From Candidatus Limnocylindria bacterium (GTDB lineage Bacteria; Eisenbacteria; RBG-16-71-46), in contig DASQFU010000008.1 in the NCBI GenBank assembly GCA_035632955.1, forward strand, positions 102 through 64,101: a stretch of 64,000 nucleotides of DNA, read 5' to 3'. Positions 27,388-38,576 of this stretch are shown here, piece by piece; position 1 is the stretch's first letter; each line of letters opens with the position of its first letter. The notes under the pieces were generated by a model, which saw nothing but the letters and a program-made list of their open reading frames with translations, had not been told where the DNA came from and did no database searches. Position numbers and translations under genes: made by a program.

Positions 27388-27876
27388 ATGCTCAAGCCTT
27401 TGATGCTGTGCGGCGCTCTCATCGCCCTCGCACCGTGGACGGCCCAGGCTCAGACGTCGATCGTCGCCGGCGTCGGCCCGCGGGTCGGCTTCGGCGTGGA
27501 CCCCGATCAGATTGTGTTCGGCGGTCAGATGATCATCGGCGAGGTCGCGCCCAACCTCACGTTCGACCCGAGCCTCGAGCTGGGCTTCGGCGACCACTTG
27601 ACCGTCATCTCGCTCAACTTCGACATGCACTATCACTTCGCCATCCAGGGCTCGTCGTGGCGTCCCTACGCCGGGGGCGGCGTCAACGTCCATTTCCTTC
27701 AGTTCGACGCGCCTCCCGGCGTCCGCGACGACTCGGAGACCGACGTCGGCGGCGCGCTGGTGATCGGCGCCGGCGCTCCGACGCCCTCGGGAAGCCGGTT
27801 CTTCGGCGAGCTGAAGTTCGGCCTCGGCGACAGCTACGACATCCGCGGCATGGTGGGCTGGAACTTCAGGATCTAG
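27388..27876 (+). CDS. Small outer-membrane beta-barrel protein
   Basis: Trimmed to ATG 27388 (MLKPLMLCGALIALAPWTAQA). It shows an alternating strand pattern and shares the SSWRPYAGGGVNV motif with the other small OMPs. Confidence 0.7.
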   Translation: MLKPLMLCGALIALAPWTAQAQTSIVAGVGPRVGFGVDPDQIVFGGQMIIGEVAPNLTFDPSLELGFGDHLTVISLNFDMHYHFAIQGSSWRPYAGGGVNVHFLQFDAPPGVRDDSETDVGGALVIGAGAPTPSGSRFFGELKFGLGDSYDIRGMVGWNFRI

Positions 27877-27988
27877 CGAGCCGTGACCGAAGTCGTATGC
27901 ATAGAGCTGCCACGAGGGTCGTCGGCTCGGCGCCGACGTACTTGCCCCGAGGCGAGTCGCACCTCGAAGAGTTGACACGGATCGAATA

Positions 27989-28006
27989 GCGAAAACGCGT
28001 TTTCGC
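27989..28006. repeat. Perfect 18-bp palindrome GCGAAAACGCGTTTTCGC flanked by TTGAC(A/G) hexamers
   Basis: I checked the self-complementarity by hand. TTGACA at 27972-27977 and TTGACG at 28005-28010 bracket it. It lies in a lower-GC patch between the OMP gene and the HNH remnant. Confidence 0.5.
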
Positions 28007-28236
28007 TTGACGAGCTTTCGCAGCCGGACCACGACGCCTCGCCGGCTGCTCCTCTACGAACTTGCCAGCGCGCGCGGGACGGCCCACCCCGCAATGGATC
28101 TGCGCTTCCGAAGAAAGAGTCATGATTGCCTCGACCGACGCCCGCTGCGCGACCGTGAGAGCGCGCAAGCAGTCGTGGTACAAGAGACCAGCCCTACGTG
28201 GACCCCCGCGGTGCGCCCCCGTGGAAGGGTCGGTCA

Positions 28237-29163
28237 ATGCGTGCTTACTCGCTCTCCCATCTCGGTGATCAAACTCTGCTCCGCGATTTGGCGGCAATCG
28301 TCGATCGAGATCGCGCCACCACGGCAGTCCTACTCGCCCACATCGCCGAGGTCGACGACCGGCGTCTCTACCTGCCGGCGGCGTTTCCCTCGATGCACGC
28401 CCATTGCGTCCATGAACTGCGTCTGTCCGAGGAAGCAGCCTTCAAGCGCATCCGCGCTGCGCGCACGGCCCGCCAGTTCCCCGCCATCTTCGATGCTGTG
28501 GCCGATGGTCGCCTGCATCTCAGTGCGGTCGTGATGCTGACGCCCCACCTCACTGCAGAGAACGCCGACGAGCTCATGACGGCCGCCGCGCATAAGACCA
28601 AGTCCGAGCTCGAGCAGCTGCTCGCGCAGCGCTTCTCACAGCCGGAGCTGGCAGCCCAAGTCCAGGCGATCTCCAATCCGCCCTCACCGGCCCTGCCGAT
28701 CCCGCAACTGGCCCCGGGGCCAGTTGAAGCACGGATCCACCAACTTGCTCCTAAGCAAGTTGAGTCACCCGCCCCGCGACCGAAGGTGTCGCCGCTCGCA
28801 CCTCAGCGCTTCGCGCTGCAGCTCACCATCGATCAGAGTACGTATGACATGTTGCAGTACGCTCAGGCGTTGCTCAGCCATCAAATCCCCGCGGGGGAGA
28901 TCGCCACGGTGCTCAAGCACGCCTTGGTTGCGCTCGTCGAGAAGCTCGAGAAGCGCAAGTTCGCGGCGACCACAAGGCCCCATCCCACCCAGCGACGCTT
29001 AAGCGCGGGCAGACGGCATATCCCAGCGGACGTCAAGCGCACCGTTTGGCAGCGGGTCGGCGGCGGTGCGAGACCATCCCCGACGCTTCGCTCGAGGAGC
29101 GCGTGCGCGTCGCCTTGTCCTACTTCTATCCGCGGCGCCAGAGCGGCGCCGCGAACAGCCTAG
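28237..29163 (+). pseudogene. Truncated HNH-endonuclease-family gene (DUF222-like N-terminal region retained, nuclease domain lost)
   Basis: From ATG 28237: MRAYSLSHLGDQTLLRDLAAIVDRDRATTAVLLAHIAEVDDRRLY...HIPADVKRTVWQRVGGG. Homologues continue here as W.RDGG.C...H..H, but this reading frame degenerates into Arg/Ser/Pro junk. No other frame restores an HNH motif. Confidence 0.65.
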
Positions 29164-29304
29164 GGGCTGCGACCTGATGCGGCGCGGCGATCCGATGCCG
29201 ACACCGCAATTGGTCGGAGATGATTGGCCATGGGTTCCCTCCCAGAGAATGCCATGGTCATGTTATTGCGACTCTAGTCACAGAACACCAGAAACGCGGC
29301 GACG

Positions 29305-31209
29305 CTACTGAACCTGGGCTTGCGGCTTGGCCGCTGCCTGGGTCGCGAGCCGCATGCGCTCGAGGAAGAAGGCGGCCGGCACGAAGCCTTCCACGCGCGC
29401 GTCCTTGATCTCGCGACCGTCCGGATCGATGAACACGATCGTCGGCACGCCGGTGATGCGGTACTCGCGCCGCCAGCGCTCGGCCTCGGGCGAGTTGAAG
29501 CGGGTGAGATCCACCTTGTAGGTGTGGAAGGCCCGCGCCGCCGCGATCACGCGTCGGTCCGTGAAGGTGCTGCGTTCCAGCTCGTGGCAGGGCAGGCACC
29601 AGTCGGCCGAGAAGTCGAGCATCGCCGGCCTTCCCTGCGCCAGGCCTGCTTGCAGGTGGTCGGGCGAAAAGGCGCGGAACGTGAGCCCTTGAGTCGGCGT
29701 CGTGACGACGACGAAGACACCGATCCCGACCGCCAGCACCCCGGTCGCCCACTTGAGAAGCTGGAAGCCGCGGCGAGCGACCGCACTCTTCTCCAGGAAG
29801 CCGAGATAGAGTCCGCCCGCGATCAGCGCCGCAGGCATCACCCAGCCGGACCACTTCGGCGCCACGGCGAGCAGCACGTAGAACGCCCCCACCGCGAGCA
29901 GAATGATGCCGAACACCTTCTTCACCCACACCATCCAATCGCCGGAGCGGGGAAGCTGCTGAATCAGGTTCGAGAACGTGGCTAGCAAGAGGTACGGCGC
30001 GCCGAGACCCATCGCCAGCACGAAAAACGACGAGAATCCGAACCACGGGTCGCCCTTGGCTGCGACCAGCGTCACCAGCGCCGTGATCGGCGGTCCGACG
30101 CATGGCGCCGCGACCAGACCGACCACCACGCCGGAGCCGAAGATGCCGACCGCGCTCGTGGCTCCGGTGCCTCCGAGCTTCGAGAGCAACTCGGGCGGCA
30201 ACTGGAACTCGTAGAGCCCGAACATCGACAGCGACAGCGCGATCATCAGCAGTCCGATCCCCGCCAGCACGAACGGACTCTGCAGGAAGCTGCCGAACAG
30301 GCTGCCTGTCAACCCAGCCACGAGCCCGAGCGTGCTGTACATGAGCGCGATGCCGAGCACGTAGAGCAGCGCGAAACCGACCACTTGGGCGGGCGGCGCC
30401 GCGCGACGCGCGCCGAAGATCGACACCGTCACGCCGAGCATCGGGTAGACGCACGGCGTCAGGTTGAGCGCGAGACCGATGAAGAACAGCCACACGAACG
30501 CCGTCGCCGAGCCCCGCTCGAACAGCTTCGCGATCGGGTTGTTGAGAATGCTCGGCGCGGACGAGGAACCACCCGACGGCGGCGTTGTCGTGAATCCGCC
30601 CTGGCGTGGCGCCCCGGTCGTCGCCGGATCGGGCGTGATGGGGCTCGGCGCGGCTTCCACGATGGTGGTCTCGGCGACGCCCGGCGCCCCTCCGGCGCCC
30701 GGCGTCACCGTCACGACCAGCGTGAACGACACGTCCGCGGGCGGCAGGCACACCTGGTCGTTGCAGGCCTGGTAGCCGATCTTGCCCTTCAGCTCGTGCG
30801 TTCCGGCCACAGCTCCTGGGTCGACGCGCAGTGGCAGCTCGATCCGCGACCGGCCGTCGTAGACCAGCAACTCGCTCTCCTCGAACGCGAGCTTCTGCCG
30901 GTGTGGAGGCGGATACTTCGGCGTTTCGGCGCGCACGCCGGCTGCCGGCTCGAGCTCGATCTCGGTCGGAATCAGGTAGTCGAGCGCCGGCGGGTTCGCA
31001 TTGACGTGCCAGCCGCCGGCGACCTGGAACTCGACGATCGCGACCGCGCGCCCACCGGCCGCGACGGTGACCGGAGTGGTCGTGACCCGCACCAGCTTCT
31101 CGACGTTCAGAAGCTGGCCGGACTGTGCCGCCACGACGGCGGCCCACACCATCAGCGCACCCAGCACTGCAAGCGCGTGCGCGGCACGCCGGAATCGAGC
31201 TCGAATCAT
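29305..31209 (-). CDS. dsbD: Thiol:disulfide interchange protein DsbD (alpha domain + CcdA-like TM core + thioredoxin domain)
   Basis: Trimmed to ATG 31209 ([28 protein letters not shown]). Motifs are [12 protein letters not shown] (alpha domain), the TM cysteines TPCVYPML and APCVGP, and a C-terminal WCLPC thioredoxin motif. Confidence 0.9.
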   Translation of the reverse strand: MIRARFRRAAHALAVLGALMVWAAVVAAQSGQLLNVEKLVRVTTTPVTVAAGGRAVAIVEFQVAGGWHVNANPPALDYLIPTEIELEPAAGVRAETPKYPPPHRQKLAFEESELLVYDGRSRIELPLRVDPGAVAGTHELKGKIGYQACNDQVCLPPADVSFTLVVTVTPGAGGAPGVAETTIVEAAPSPITPDPATTGAPRQGGFTTTPPSGGSSSAPSILNNPIAKLFERGSATAFVWLFFIGLALNLTPCVYPMLGVTVSIFGARRAAPPAQVVGFALLYVLGIALMYSTLGLVAGLTGSLFGSFLQSPFVLAGIGLLMIALSLSMFGLYEFQLPPELLSKLGGTGATSAVGIFGSGVVVGLVAAPCVGPPITALVTLVAAKGDPWFGFSSFFVLAMGLGAPYLLLATFSNLIQQLPRSGDWMVWVKKVFGIILLAVGAFYVLLAVAPKWSGWVMPAALIAGGLYLGFLEKSAVARRGFQLLKWATGVLAVGIGVFVVVTTPTQGLTFRAFSPDHLQAGLAQGRPAMLDFSADWCLPCHELERSTFTDRRVIAAARAFHTYKVDLTRFNSPEAERWRREYRITGVPTIVFIDPDGREIKDARVEGFVPAAFFLERMRLATQAAAKPQAQVQ

Positions 31210-33350
31210 GGTTGCTGCTCCTGGGTGATCGGCTGCGGCCGGTTGTCCAGTTGGTCCGCGAGCGCGTGGGGGTCGGTGGTCGGGAGGCGACAGGTGTAGT
31301 TCTCGCACACGTAGGCCGTCGCCTTGCCGTCGCGGGTGCCGAGCGCCGCCGCGAACGGCGCCAGCGCGGCGAGCCGGCTCCGGTTCCCGTCGTCCACCAT
31401 CACCAGCTCGTCGTGCGGCCGGAAGCGCCGGTCGAGCTCGGCGAGCAGCGCGCGCGTGTCCTCCGCCGCGGGTGCCCCGGCGATCACGATGTGCCGGGGC
31501 GGCGACTGTGCGAGGTCCATGGCCACCAGCATCTGCGGCATAGCGACCGGCATGCCGTCGAGGCGGCGCGCGTAGTAGTCGAGCATCCGGTCTCCCTTCT
31601 CGATCCATTCGCGGCGGTCGAGCAACCGCGCCAACCGCAGGAGCGCCAGCGCCGCGATCGAATTGCCCGCCATCTCGGCGCCATCGAAGCCGTCCTTCAT
31701 GCGCACGCGAATCGACGGATCGTCTGGCGGACTCTCGAAGAAGCCGCCGTCCTGCTCGTCCCAGAAACGAGACACCTGCGCTTCCGTGACGGCGACGGCG
31801 CGCTCGAGCCACATGGGATCGAACGTCGCCTGGTAGAGATCGAGCAGGCCGAGCGCATAGTAGGCGTAGTCGTCGAGCTGCCCACGGCCAGCCGTCTCGC
31901 CGTCGCGCCAGCGACGATGGAGCTCCCCGGTGCGCGGATCGCGCAGCGTGGACCACACGAACTCCGCGGCCTTGGCCGCGCGCCGCGCCAGCTCGGGTTC
32001 GCCGAGCACGCGAGCGCCGCGCGCCGACGACGAGATCATGAGGCCGTTCCACGCGGTGAGCACCTTGTCGTCGCGATGTGGGCGCGGCCGCCGGCTACGC
32101 GCATCGAGCAGCTTGCTCCGCGCCGATGACAGGCGCGCCGCGAGCGCTTCCGGGGCGAGCGCGAAGCGGCGCGCGGTTTCCGCGCGCGCATGCACTTCAT
32201 TCAGGATGGTCGTGCCGTGCTCGAAGTTACCCTCCGGGGTGACGCCGTAGTGGTGGATTACCAACGCCGCGTCCTCCGAACCGAGCACCGCTTCGATCTG
32301 CGCGCCGCTCCAGACGTAGAACCTGCCTTCCTCGCCTTCGCTGTCCGCGTCCTCCGCGGAATAGAAGGCGCCTTCCGGCGAGGTGAGATCGCGCGCGACG
32401 TAGGTGAAGATGCCGCCCGCCGTCTCCGCGTAGCGTGCCTCGCCCGTCACCTGGAATCCTTCCAGGTAGGCCCAGGCGAGCTGCGCCTGGTCGTAGAGCA
32501 TCTTCTCGAAATGCGGCACCAGCCACTCGCGATCGGTGGAATAGCGGTGGAAGCCGCCGCCGAGGTGATCGTGAATCCCGCCCGCCTGCATCCGGTCGAG
32601 CTGGCGCAGCACCATGGCGCGCGCCTCGTCGCGACGCTCGGGCGTCCGTTCCGCGTAACGCTGTAGAAAGTTCAGGTTCACGACCGACGGAAATTTGGGC
32701 GCGCGACCGAAGCCGCCGAGCTCGTCATGGCTCTGGGCGAGACGGTCGAAGGCGTGCGCGAACAGCCGCGCACGATCGGCGACCAGGGAATCCGCGAGCG
32801 CCAGGCCTGCCAGCGACTCGAACACGCGCTCGCCCGTCTGCTCCAGCTCGGCGCGATGCTCCTGCCAGGCGCGGGCGACGTGCGGCAGCAGCTCGATCAT
32901 GCCGGGGCGTCCGGACATCGTGCGCGGCGGGAAATAGGTGCCGCCGTAGAACGGCGTGAGATCCGGCGCGAGAAACATGTTCAGCGGCCAGCCTCCTCCC
33001 AGACCCAGCGCCTGCGCGGCGGTCATGTAGATGCGATCGACGTCGGGGCGCTCTTCACGGTCGACCTTGATGGCGACGAAGTCGCGATTGAGCAACGCCG
33101 CCACCGCGCCGTCCTCGAAGGACTCGCGTTCCATGACGTGGCACCAATGACAGGTCGAGTAGCCGATCGAAAGGAAGATCGGCATGCCCTCACGCCGCGC
33201 TTTGGCGAACGCCTCCTCGTCCCACGGATACCAGTCCACGGGGTTGTGGGCGTGCTGCAGCAGGTAGGGGCTCTTCTCGCGAATCAGGCGGTTGGCTTCG
33301 CCGCTGCGCGACGCTTCGTGCGTGCCAAGGTCCTCGCTGGGCAGGGTCAT
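31206..33350 (-). CDS. YyaL/SSP411-type thioredoxin-domain protein (DUF255 + six-hairpin glycosidase-like domain)
   Basis: It contains [24 protein letters not shown] and the CHWCHVM motif. Its stop overlaps the dsbD start (ATGA). The start could be ATG 33350 or 33392. Confidence 0.9.
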   Translation of the reverse strand: MTLPSEDLGTHEASRSGEANRLIREKSPYLLQHAHNPVDWYPWDEEAFAKARREGMPIFLSIGYSTCHWCHVMERESFEDGAVAALLNRDFVAIKVDREERPDVDRIYMTAAQALGLGGGWPLNMFLAPDLTPFYGGTYFPPRTMSGRPGMIELLPHVARAWQEHRAELEQTGERVFESLAGLALADSLVADRARLFAHAFDRLAQSHDELGGFGRAPKFPSVVNLNFLQRYAERTPERRDEARAMVLRQLDRMQAGGIHDHLGGGFHRYSTDREWLVPHFEKMLYDQAQLAWAYLEGFQVTGEARYAETAGGIFTYVARDLTSPEGAFYSAEDADSEGEEGRFYVWSGAQIEAVLGSEDAALVIHHYGVTPEGNFEHGTTILNEVHARAETARRFALAPEALAARLSSARSKLLDARSRRPRPHRDDKVLTAWNGLMISSSARGARVLGEPELARRAAKAAEFVWSTLRDPRTGELHRRWRDGETAGRGQLDDYAYYALGLLDLYQATFDPMWLERAVAVTEAQVSRFWDEQDGGFFESPPDDPSIRVRMKDGFDGAEMAGNSIAALALLRLARLLDRREWIEKGDRMLDYYARRLDGMPVAMPQMLVAMDLAQSPPRHIVIAGAPAAEDTRALLAELDRRFRPHDELVMVDDGNRSRLAALAPFAAALGTRDGKATAYVCENYTCRLPTTDPHALADQLDNRPQPITQEQQP

Positions 33351-33364
33351 GATCGCGAAAGTAT

Positions 33365-33634
33365 ATGCGGAAAGGTTACGCGGCCATGTCAACGGCTCGT
33401 CAGCCGAATCTGGGTCTCCGGCGCCACCGCTCGCAGGGTCTTCTGATCGGAGGGCTCATCACGTTGTGCGGCGCCGCCGGAATCTCGACCTTCATGTTGA
33501 TCATGCGGCCCGAGCCCGACAAACCCATGTGGGCGATCGGCCTGATTCCCGGTTTCATCGGCGTGGGATTGTTGCTGAGCGGCTGGCTGACGCGGCCGCG
33601 CGACGGCAAGCTCGGCAGCCCGACCGGGGGCTAG
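33365..33634 (+). CDS. Small two-TM membrane protein, hypothetical
   Basis: 89 aa (or shorter from ATG 33386). It has two hydrophobic helices ([21 protein letters not shown]; [20 protein letters not shown]). No family was recognised. Confidence 0.4.
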   Translation: MRKGYAAMSTARQPNLGLRRHRSQGLLIGGLITLCGAAGISTFMLIMRPEPDKPMWAIGLIPGFIGVGLLLSGWLTRPRDGKLGSPTGG

Positions 33635-35175
33635 CGCCGGCTGCGCAGCTCCTGCGGTCGCAGCGTTGCGTCCACCTCGCGCCCGACTTCGGCGACGATT
33701 CCGGGCACAGCCTCGACGTCCGAGAGCTGGGTGCGGAAGTTGACGATGCAGGCGCGCTGCAGGAAGCGCCCGCGAACCACGGCGTTGGAGAGGAACGCGC
33801 GGCCGCCGTGCTTGACCTTCAGGTTGATCTCCGCGTTGAGCCGGTCGAGGTACTCCTCCACCGCCGGCTCGGCGTTCCGGAGATCGCGCGGCACGTAGCG
33901 GAAGGTCGCGATGCTGAGCCCGTGCCCGAACGCTTCCAGCTCGGGGTGTGCCGCCGCCGCCTCGAACAGCGCGGTGGCGAGCCGGATGTCGTCGGCGATC
34001 ATGCGCGCGATGCCGGATCGACCCGCGTGCTGGAGCACCAGCCACACCTTGAGCGCCCGGAAGCCGCGCGTGTTCTGCGGCCCGTACTCGTAGTAGTTGA
34101 TGCCCCGCTCGGTCTCTTCCTCGCCGAACAGGTAATAAGGTGGGCGGTAGCTGAACGCAGCGCGCAGATGCGCCGGGTCGCGCACCAGCGCGCAGCCCGC
34201 TTCGATCGGCGCATAGAGCCATTTGTGCGGATCGACGGCGACCGAGTCCGCGAGACTCAGACCTTTGAGATCGGCCGGAACGTCGGGAAGCGCAGCGGCG
34301 AGCGCTCCGTACGCCCCGTCGACGTGGAACCAGAGATTGTGCTCGTGACAGATCGCGGCGATCGCGAGTAGCGGGTCCACGGCGCCCGTGCTCACCGAGC
34401 CGGCAGTGCCGACGACCAGGAACGGTCGCGCGCCGGCGGCATGGTCCATGGCGATCGCGGCCTCGAGCGCGTCCACGTTCATGCGTTGCCGGTCGTCGGT
34501 CTCGATCCAGCGAATGCAATCCGTGCCGAGGCCGAACAGATCGGCGGCTTTCTGGATCCAGGTGTGCGTCTCGGCCGAAGCGTAGACGAGCAGGCGCTTG
34601 CCTTCGGGGTCGACCGGGCCGTGCGCGCGCACGTCCCACGGCGCCTTCGCCTGGCGGGCGGCCAGAAAGCCGACGAAGTTCGCCATGTTTCCGCCGCTGA
34701 CGAGCACACCGCCACAGTCCCGCGGATAGCCGATCAGCTCCGCGATCCAGCGGTTGGTCTGCGCCTCGATCTCGCTCGCTACCGGCGACAGCTCCCAACC
34801 GCCGAGGTTGGGATTGACGGTGGCGGCGATCAAGTCGGCGAGCGCGCCGATCGGCGCCGCCGACGAGGTGATGTAGCCGAAGAACCGCGGATGGCCGTTG
34901 AACAATGAGTACCGCGCGAGCAGATCTGCCGCGCGGTCGAGCAGCGTGCCCGGATCGGCGCCGCGCTCGGGGAGGTCGCCTTGGCCGAGCGCCGAGCGCA
35001 CCTGGGCCGGGGTCGCCCCCGGCGTCACGGGGCCGCGCGGAAGCTCGGCCAGCAACGCTGCCATGCGATCGACGACCCGGTGGCCGAGCGCGCGAAACGT
35101 CTCCGGGTCGAGGTCGAGCGCTGCAATGCGCCGGTCCGGAGTGCGGCGGGTGTCCTCGTCGATCATCGGGTTCAC
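33631..35175 (-). CDS. Group II PLP-dependent amino-acid decarboxylase (aromatic-L-amino-acid / diaminobutyrate decarboxylase-like)
   Basis: 514 aa. It has HPRFFGYITSS, HVDGAYGA and the PLP-lysine motif SVAVDPHKWLYAP. Confidence 0.9.
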   Translation of the reverse strand: MNPMIDEDTRRTPDRRIAALDLDPETFRALGHRVVDRMAALLAELPRGPVTPGATPAQVRSALGQGDLPERGADPGTLLDRAADLLARYSLFNGHPRFFGYITSSAAPIGALADLIAATVNPNLGGWELSPVASEIEAQTNRWIAELIGYPRDCGGVLVSGGNMANFVGFLAARQAKAPWDVRAHGPVDPEGKRLLVYASAETHTWIQKAADLFGLGTDCIRWIETDDRQRMNVDALEAAIAMDHAAGARPFLVVGTAGSVSTGAVDPLLAIAAICHEHNLWFHVDGAYGALAAALPDVPADLKGLSLADSVAVDPHKWLYAPIEAGCALVRDPAHLRAAFSYRPPYYLFGEEETERGINYYEYGPQNTRGFRALKVWLVLQHAGRSGIARMIADDIRLATALFEAAAAHPELEAFGHGLSIATFRYVPRDLRNAEPAVEEYLDRLNAEINLKVKHGGRAFLSNAVVRGRFLQRACIVNFRTQLSDVEAVPGIVAEVGREVDATLRPQELRSRR

Positions 35176-35205
35176 GTCCCTGAAAGCGCCGGGTGACCGG
35201 GTCGC

Positions 35206-36423
35206 TCACACCTTACGGCATGCCGGCAGCAGCTCGGAGACCACGTCCGAAAACGTCCGGACATCGGACTCGTCGTTCCACACCCCGGGCGAGACGCGCA
35301 TCCGCCCGCCGCGAAGCGAGACATGAACACTGCGTCGTGTGAGCTCCGAACAAAGGCGCGGCAGGTCGAGGCTCGCGTCCGGCGCCAACATCAGCAGCGG
35401 ACCGCGATGCGCTGTGTCGAGCCGCGTCACAAGTTCAAGCGGCATGCCCGCCACCGCGTCCACCACCGCGTCCTGCAACGACCGATGGTGCGCCTCGACT
35501 TGGGAGACTCCGATCGAGAGCAGATAGTCGAGGCCGGCGCCCAGCGCGGCCAGGTTCAGGTGCGAAGCCGCCTGCCCGACGTCGAACCGTCGGCCGTGCG
35601 CCGCATAGGCGCGCGGGTAATGCTTCATCACGGCGCCAAAATCTTCCGCGGCTTCGAGTGCGAGCCAGTTGCCGTTCACGTTGAGAAGTTGCTCTCGAAA
35701 CGACGGCTTCACCCAGATCGCGCCGCTGCCCGACGGGCCATAAAGCCACTTGTAGCCGCTCGCCAGCACCGCATCGGCGCCGCTCCCGGCCCAGTCGATC
35801 GCGACCGCTCCCAGCGCCTGCGCCGCATCGACGATCATATGGGCGCCGTAGGACCGCAGCAGCGCCGCGAGCTCCGCGAGCGGATGGACGTCGCCGGTGA
35901 CGTAGTGGATCGCCGCGACCGCCAGCGCCCGCACGCGACCCGGCGCCTGCAACGCCTCGGCGAGCTGCTCGGGCGCCAGCGGACGGCCCGCGACGCCGAT
36001 GAACTCGACCCGCACGCCGCGCTCCTCGAGCGCGAGCCACGGGTAGACATTGCCGGGGAACTCGTCGGGCCCGAGCAGCACGCGGTCGCCTTCGCGACAG
36101 CGGATGCCTTGGGCCATCAGCATCGCGCCAAAGCTCGTGCTGGTCGTGACGCCGATCTGGTCGGCCGGCACCCCCATCACGCGACCGAGCCGCTCGCGCG
36201 CGGCGTCGGGCATCCGCAGCTGAGCGTCGTCCGGCGTCGTGAACGGCCACGCCTTGAGGCGATAGGCGTCCTCGACCGCCGCGCGCGCGGCACGCGGAAG
36301 CGGTGATTGAAACCCGCCGTTGAGGTAGACCTCGCCCTCCGGCAGCTCGAAGTCGCTGCGACTCGGCGTGCGCATTTGCTTCGCCGGCGCCATGGTTCCG
36401 CTCGCGATCCCCGCGGTCTTCAC
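35206..36423 (-). CDS. Class V aminotransferase-fold PLP enzyme (cysteine desulfurase / epimerase-like)
   Basis: Up to 405 aa. It has MIVDAAQALG and the PLP-lysine motif SGYKWLYGPSGSG. The GTG at 36423 overlaps the phzF-like stop. The true start could be ATG 36393. Confidence 0.85.
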   Translation of the reverse strand: MKTAGIASGTMAPAKQMRTPSRSDFELPEGEVYLNGGFQSPLPRAARAAVEDAYRLKAWPFTTPDDAQLRMPDAARERLGRVMGVPADQIGVTTSTSFGAMLMAQGIRCREGDRVLLGPDEFPGNVYPWLALEERGVRVEFIGVAGRPLAPEQLAEALQAPGRVRALAVAAIHYVTGDVHPLAELAALLRSYGAHMIVDAAQALGAVAIDWAGSGADAVLASGYKWLYGPSGSGAIWVKPSFREQLLNVNGNWLALEAAEDFGAVMKHYPRAYAAHGRRFDVGQAASHLNLAALGAGLDYLLSIGVSQVEAHHRSLQDAVVDAVAGMPLELVTRLDTAHRGPLLMLAPDASLDLPRLCSELTRRSVHVSLRGGRMRVSPGVWNDESDVRTFSDVVSELLPACRKV

Positions 36424-37370
36424 ACCTCGCTCCGCACCGGCTGCGCGATCAGCGGTTCGGTCGCTGGCACCAGCATGTGCCCTTCGGAGACCAGCACCGC
36501 CTCGCCGCCGACGCGCACCGCAACCACCGCGCCGTCACGGACGTCGGCCTCGAGAAGAATCAGGCTCGGCCGCCCCATCTCGAAACCCTGCTCGATCACC
36601 TGGCGGAGCGTGCCGTCCCGCTCCTTGCTGCGCGCGCCGAGGTACCCGGCGAGCGCCGCAGCCGCGGAGCCGGTGGCCGGATCCTCGGGAATCCCTAACG
36701 CGGGCGCGAACATGCGCGCGCGCAGATCGGATCCTGGCCGCTCCGGGTCGGCGGCGAACACGAACACCTCCTGCGCCGGGTAGGAGCCGAGCGCCGCCAG
36801 CCACGCCGCGGTGTCGATGCGGGCGCGCGCGAGCGTCGCGCGGTCGCGCACCGGCACGAACAGAAACGGGACTCCGCACGAATACGACTCGGGCGATCGA
36901 TCGCCTCCGAGCAGATCGGCTGGCACCAGCGAAAGGGCGCGTGCAAGCGCTGCGGTCGGCGGCGGATCGGGACCGCGCTCGGGCAGTTTCGCGGCCGTGA
37001 GCTGAGCGAACGCCGGCGGACCTTCTCGCACCACCACTTCGACCGGCCCCACGCCTTCCCCGAACACGATCCGCGCGACCCCGCCGTGCATCGGCACTTC
37101 ACCGAGTCGCACCAGCAGATGCGCGGTCCCGATCGTCGGATGACCCGCGAACGGCAGCTCGGCGCCGGGGGTGAAGATCCGCAGCCGTCGGGTGTGCTCG
37201 CGGTCCTCGGGCGGCAGGACGAACACGGTCTCCGAGAGATTGAGCTCGCCGGCGATCTGCTGCATGTGCTCGCCCGAGATCCCGAGCGCATGCGGGAACA
37301 CGGCGAGCGGATTGCCGCTGAAGATGCGATCGGTGAAGACATCGAGGGTGTGGTAGCGGTAGCGGATCAC
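36420..37370 (-). CDS. PhzF-family isomerase/epimerase-fold protein
   Basis: 316 aa. It has [20 protein letters not shown] and [10 protein letters not shown], the PhzF signatures. It starts 7 nt downstream of the pdxS stop. Confidence 0.9.
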   Translation of the reverse strand: MIRYRYHTLDVFTDRIFSGNPLAVFPHALGISGEHMQQIAGELNLSETVFVLPPEDREHTRRLRIFTPGAELPFAGHPTIGTAHLLVRLGEVPMHGGVARIVFGEGVGPVEVVVREGPPAFAQLTAAKLPERGPDPPPTAALARALSLVPADLLGGDRSPESYSCGVPFLFVPVRDRATLARARIDTAAWLAALGSYPAQEVFVFAADPERPGSDLRARMFAPALGIPEDPATGSAAAALAGYLGARSKERDGTLRQVIEQGFEMGRPSLILLEADVRDGAVVAVRVGGEAVLVSEGHMLVPATEPLIAQPVRSEV

Positions 37371-37377
37371 GCGCGCG

Positions 37378-38286
37378 TCACCAGCCGCGCTTCGCCAACA
37401 GCTGCTCCTCGCTCAACGCTTGGACGTCGAGACCGCGCATCGGCTCGCCGAGACCTTCGCTCGCCCGCAGCACCGCCTCCGGGTCGTCGTAGTGCGTGAC
37501 CGCCTGAACGACCGCCCGGGCGCGCGCCTCGGGGTCGGACGACTTGAAGATGCCGCTGCCGACAAACACCGCTTCGGCGCCGAGCATCATCATCAACGCC
37601 GCGTCTGCGGGGGTGGCCACGCCTCCGGCGGCGAAATTCGGCACCGGCAGTTTCCCGGTCCGCCCGATCTTTCGCACCAGCTCGTATGGAGCCCCGAGCG
37701 CCTTCGCCTCCGCCATCAGCTCTTCTTCGCCCAACGCCGCCAGCGTGCGCAATCCGCGCCGCACCGCGCGCAGATGCCGGACCGCTTCGACGACGTTCCC
37801 GGTCCCGGCCTCACCCTTGGTGCGGATCATCGCCGCACCTTCGCCGATCCGCCGCAGCGCTTCACCGAGATCCCGGCACCCGCACACGAACGGCGCCTTG
37901 AAGGCGTGCTTCTCGATGTGGTGCTGCTCGTCGGCCGGCGTCAGCACCTCGCTCTCGTCGATGAAGTCGATGCCGAGCGCCTCGAGGACCCGAGCTTCCG
38001 CGATGTGGCCGATCCGGCATTTCGCCATCACCGGGATCGACACCGCGGCCTGAATGCGCCGCACCATCGCCGGATCGCTCATGCGCGCGACGCCGCCGTC
38101 GGCACGGATGTCGGCAGGAATTCGCTCCAGCGCCATCACCGCCGACGCGCCCGCGCGCTCGGCGATCTGCGCCTGGTCCGGGGTCGTGACGTCCATGATC
38201 ACGCCGCCCTTCAGCATCTCCGCCAGACCCACTTTGAGGCGGAACGTGTCGTCCTGCGCCGGCGTTTCTCCGTTGGTCGAATGCAT
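37378..38286 (-). CDS. pdxS: Pyridoxal 5'-phosphate synthase lyase subunit PdxS
   Basis: Trimmed to ATG 38286, with a GAGGAG RBS 7 nt upstream. The sequence [47 protein letters not shown]...[14 protein letters not shown] is near-canonical PdxS. No pdxT gene is adjacent. Confidence 0.95.
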   Translation of the reverse strand: MHSTNGETPAQDDTFRLKVGLAEMLKGGVIMDVTTPDQAQIAERAGASAVMALERIPADIRADGGVARMSDPAMVRRIQAAVSIPVMAKCRIGHIAEARVLEALGIDFIDESEVLTPADEQHHIEKHAFKAPFVCGCRDLGEALRRIGEGAAMIRTKGEAGTGNVVEAVRHLRAVRRGLRTLAALGEEELMAEAKALGAPYELVRKIGRTGKLPVPNFAAGGVATPADAALMMMLGAEAVFVGSGIFKSSDPEARARAVVQAVTHYDDPEAVLRASEGLGEPMRGLDVQALSEEQLLAKRGW

Positions 38287-38402
38287 GGTCGGCTCCTCGT
38301 TTCGCTCACCCGGCGGGGCGCGGCATGGGTCGCGTACCCGCACGTTCGCGCCAGCCGCTCCTCCGATCCGGGTGTGCTCTGGTGACGAGCCTAAGATGCC
38401 AG

Positions 38403-38448
38403 CTGGTACTGGCAAAAGGTCCAGTTAGTAGATTTGCGCTAGACCAGT
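38403..38448. promoter_or_regulatory. Bipartite motif CTGGTAC-N32-GACCAGT in the pdxS / VOC-gene divergent promoter region (candidate MocR/PdxR operator)
   Basis: CTGGTAC lies at 38403-38409 and GACCAGT at 38442-38448. A third related copy, GGTCCAGT, lies at 38418-38425. The same 7-mer pair with the same 32-nt spacer recurs at 39247-39292. Confidence 0.4.
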
Positions 38449-38576
38449 GACCGGCATCAAACCCACGAACAGAGGGTGAGCGCAACGAGTAGGATGGGCC
38501 GGTGCAGCATCGAAGAACGGCGGCCAGACGTTCTGTGGCTGGCGCCCAGGTGGACCCCTTCGAGGAGGAATCGGAC

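Noticed and set aside
29055-29311. Attempt to rescue the HNH nuclease domain in alternative frames (including ORF 29066-29311)
   Set aside because: None of the three frames contains the Cys/His-Asn-His pattern expected after W.RDGG.C. The gene is therefore treated as truncated rather than frameshifted.
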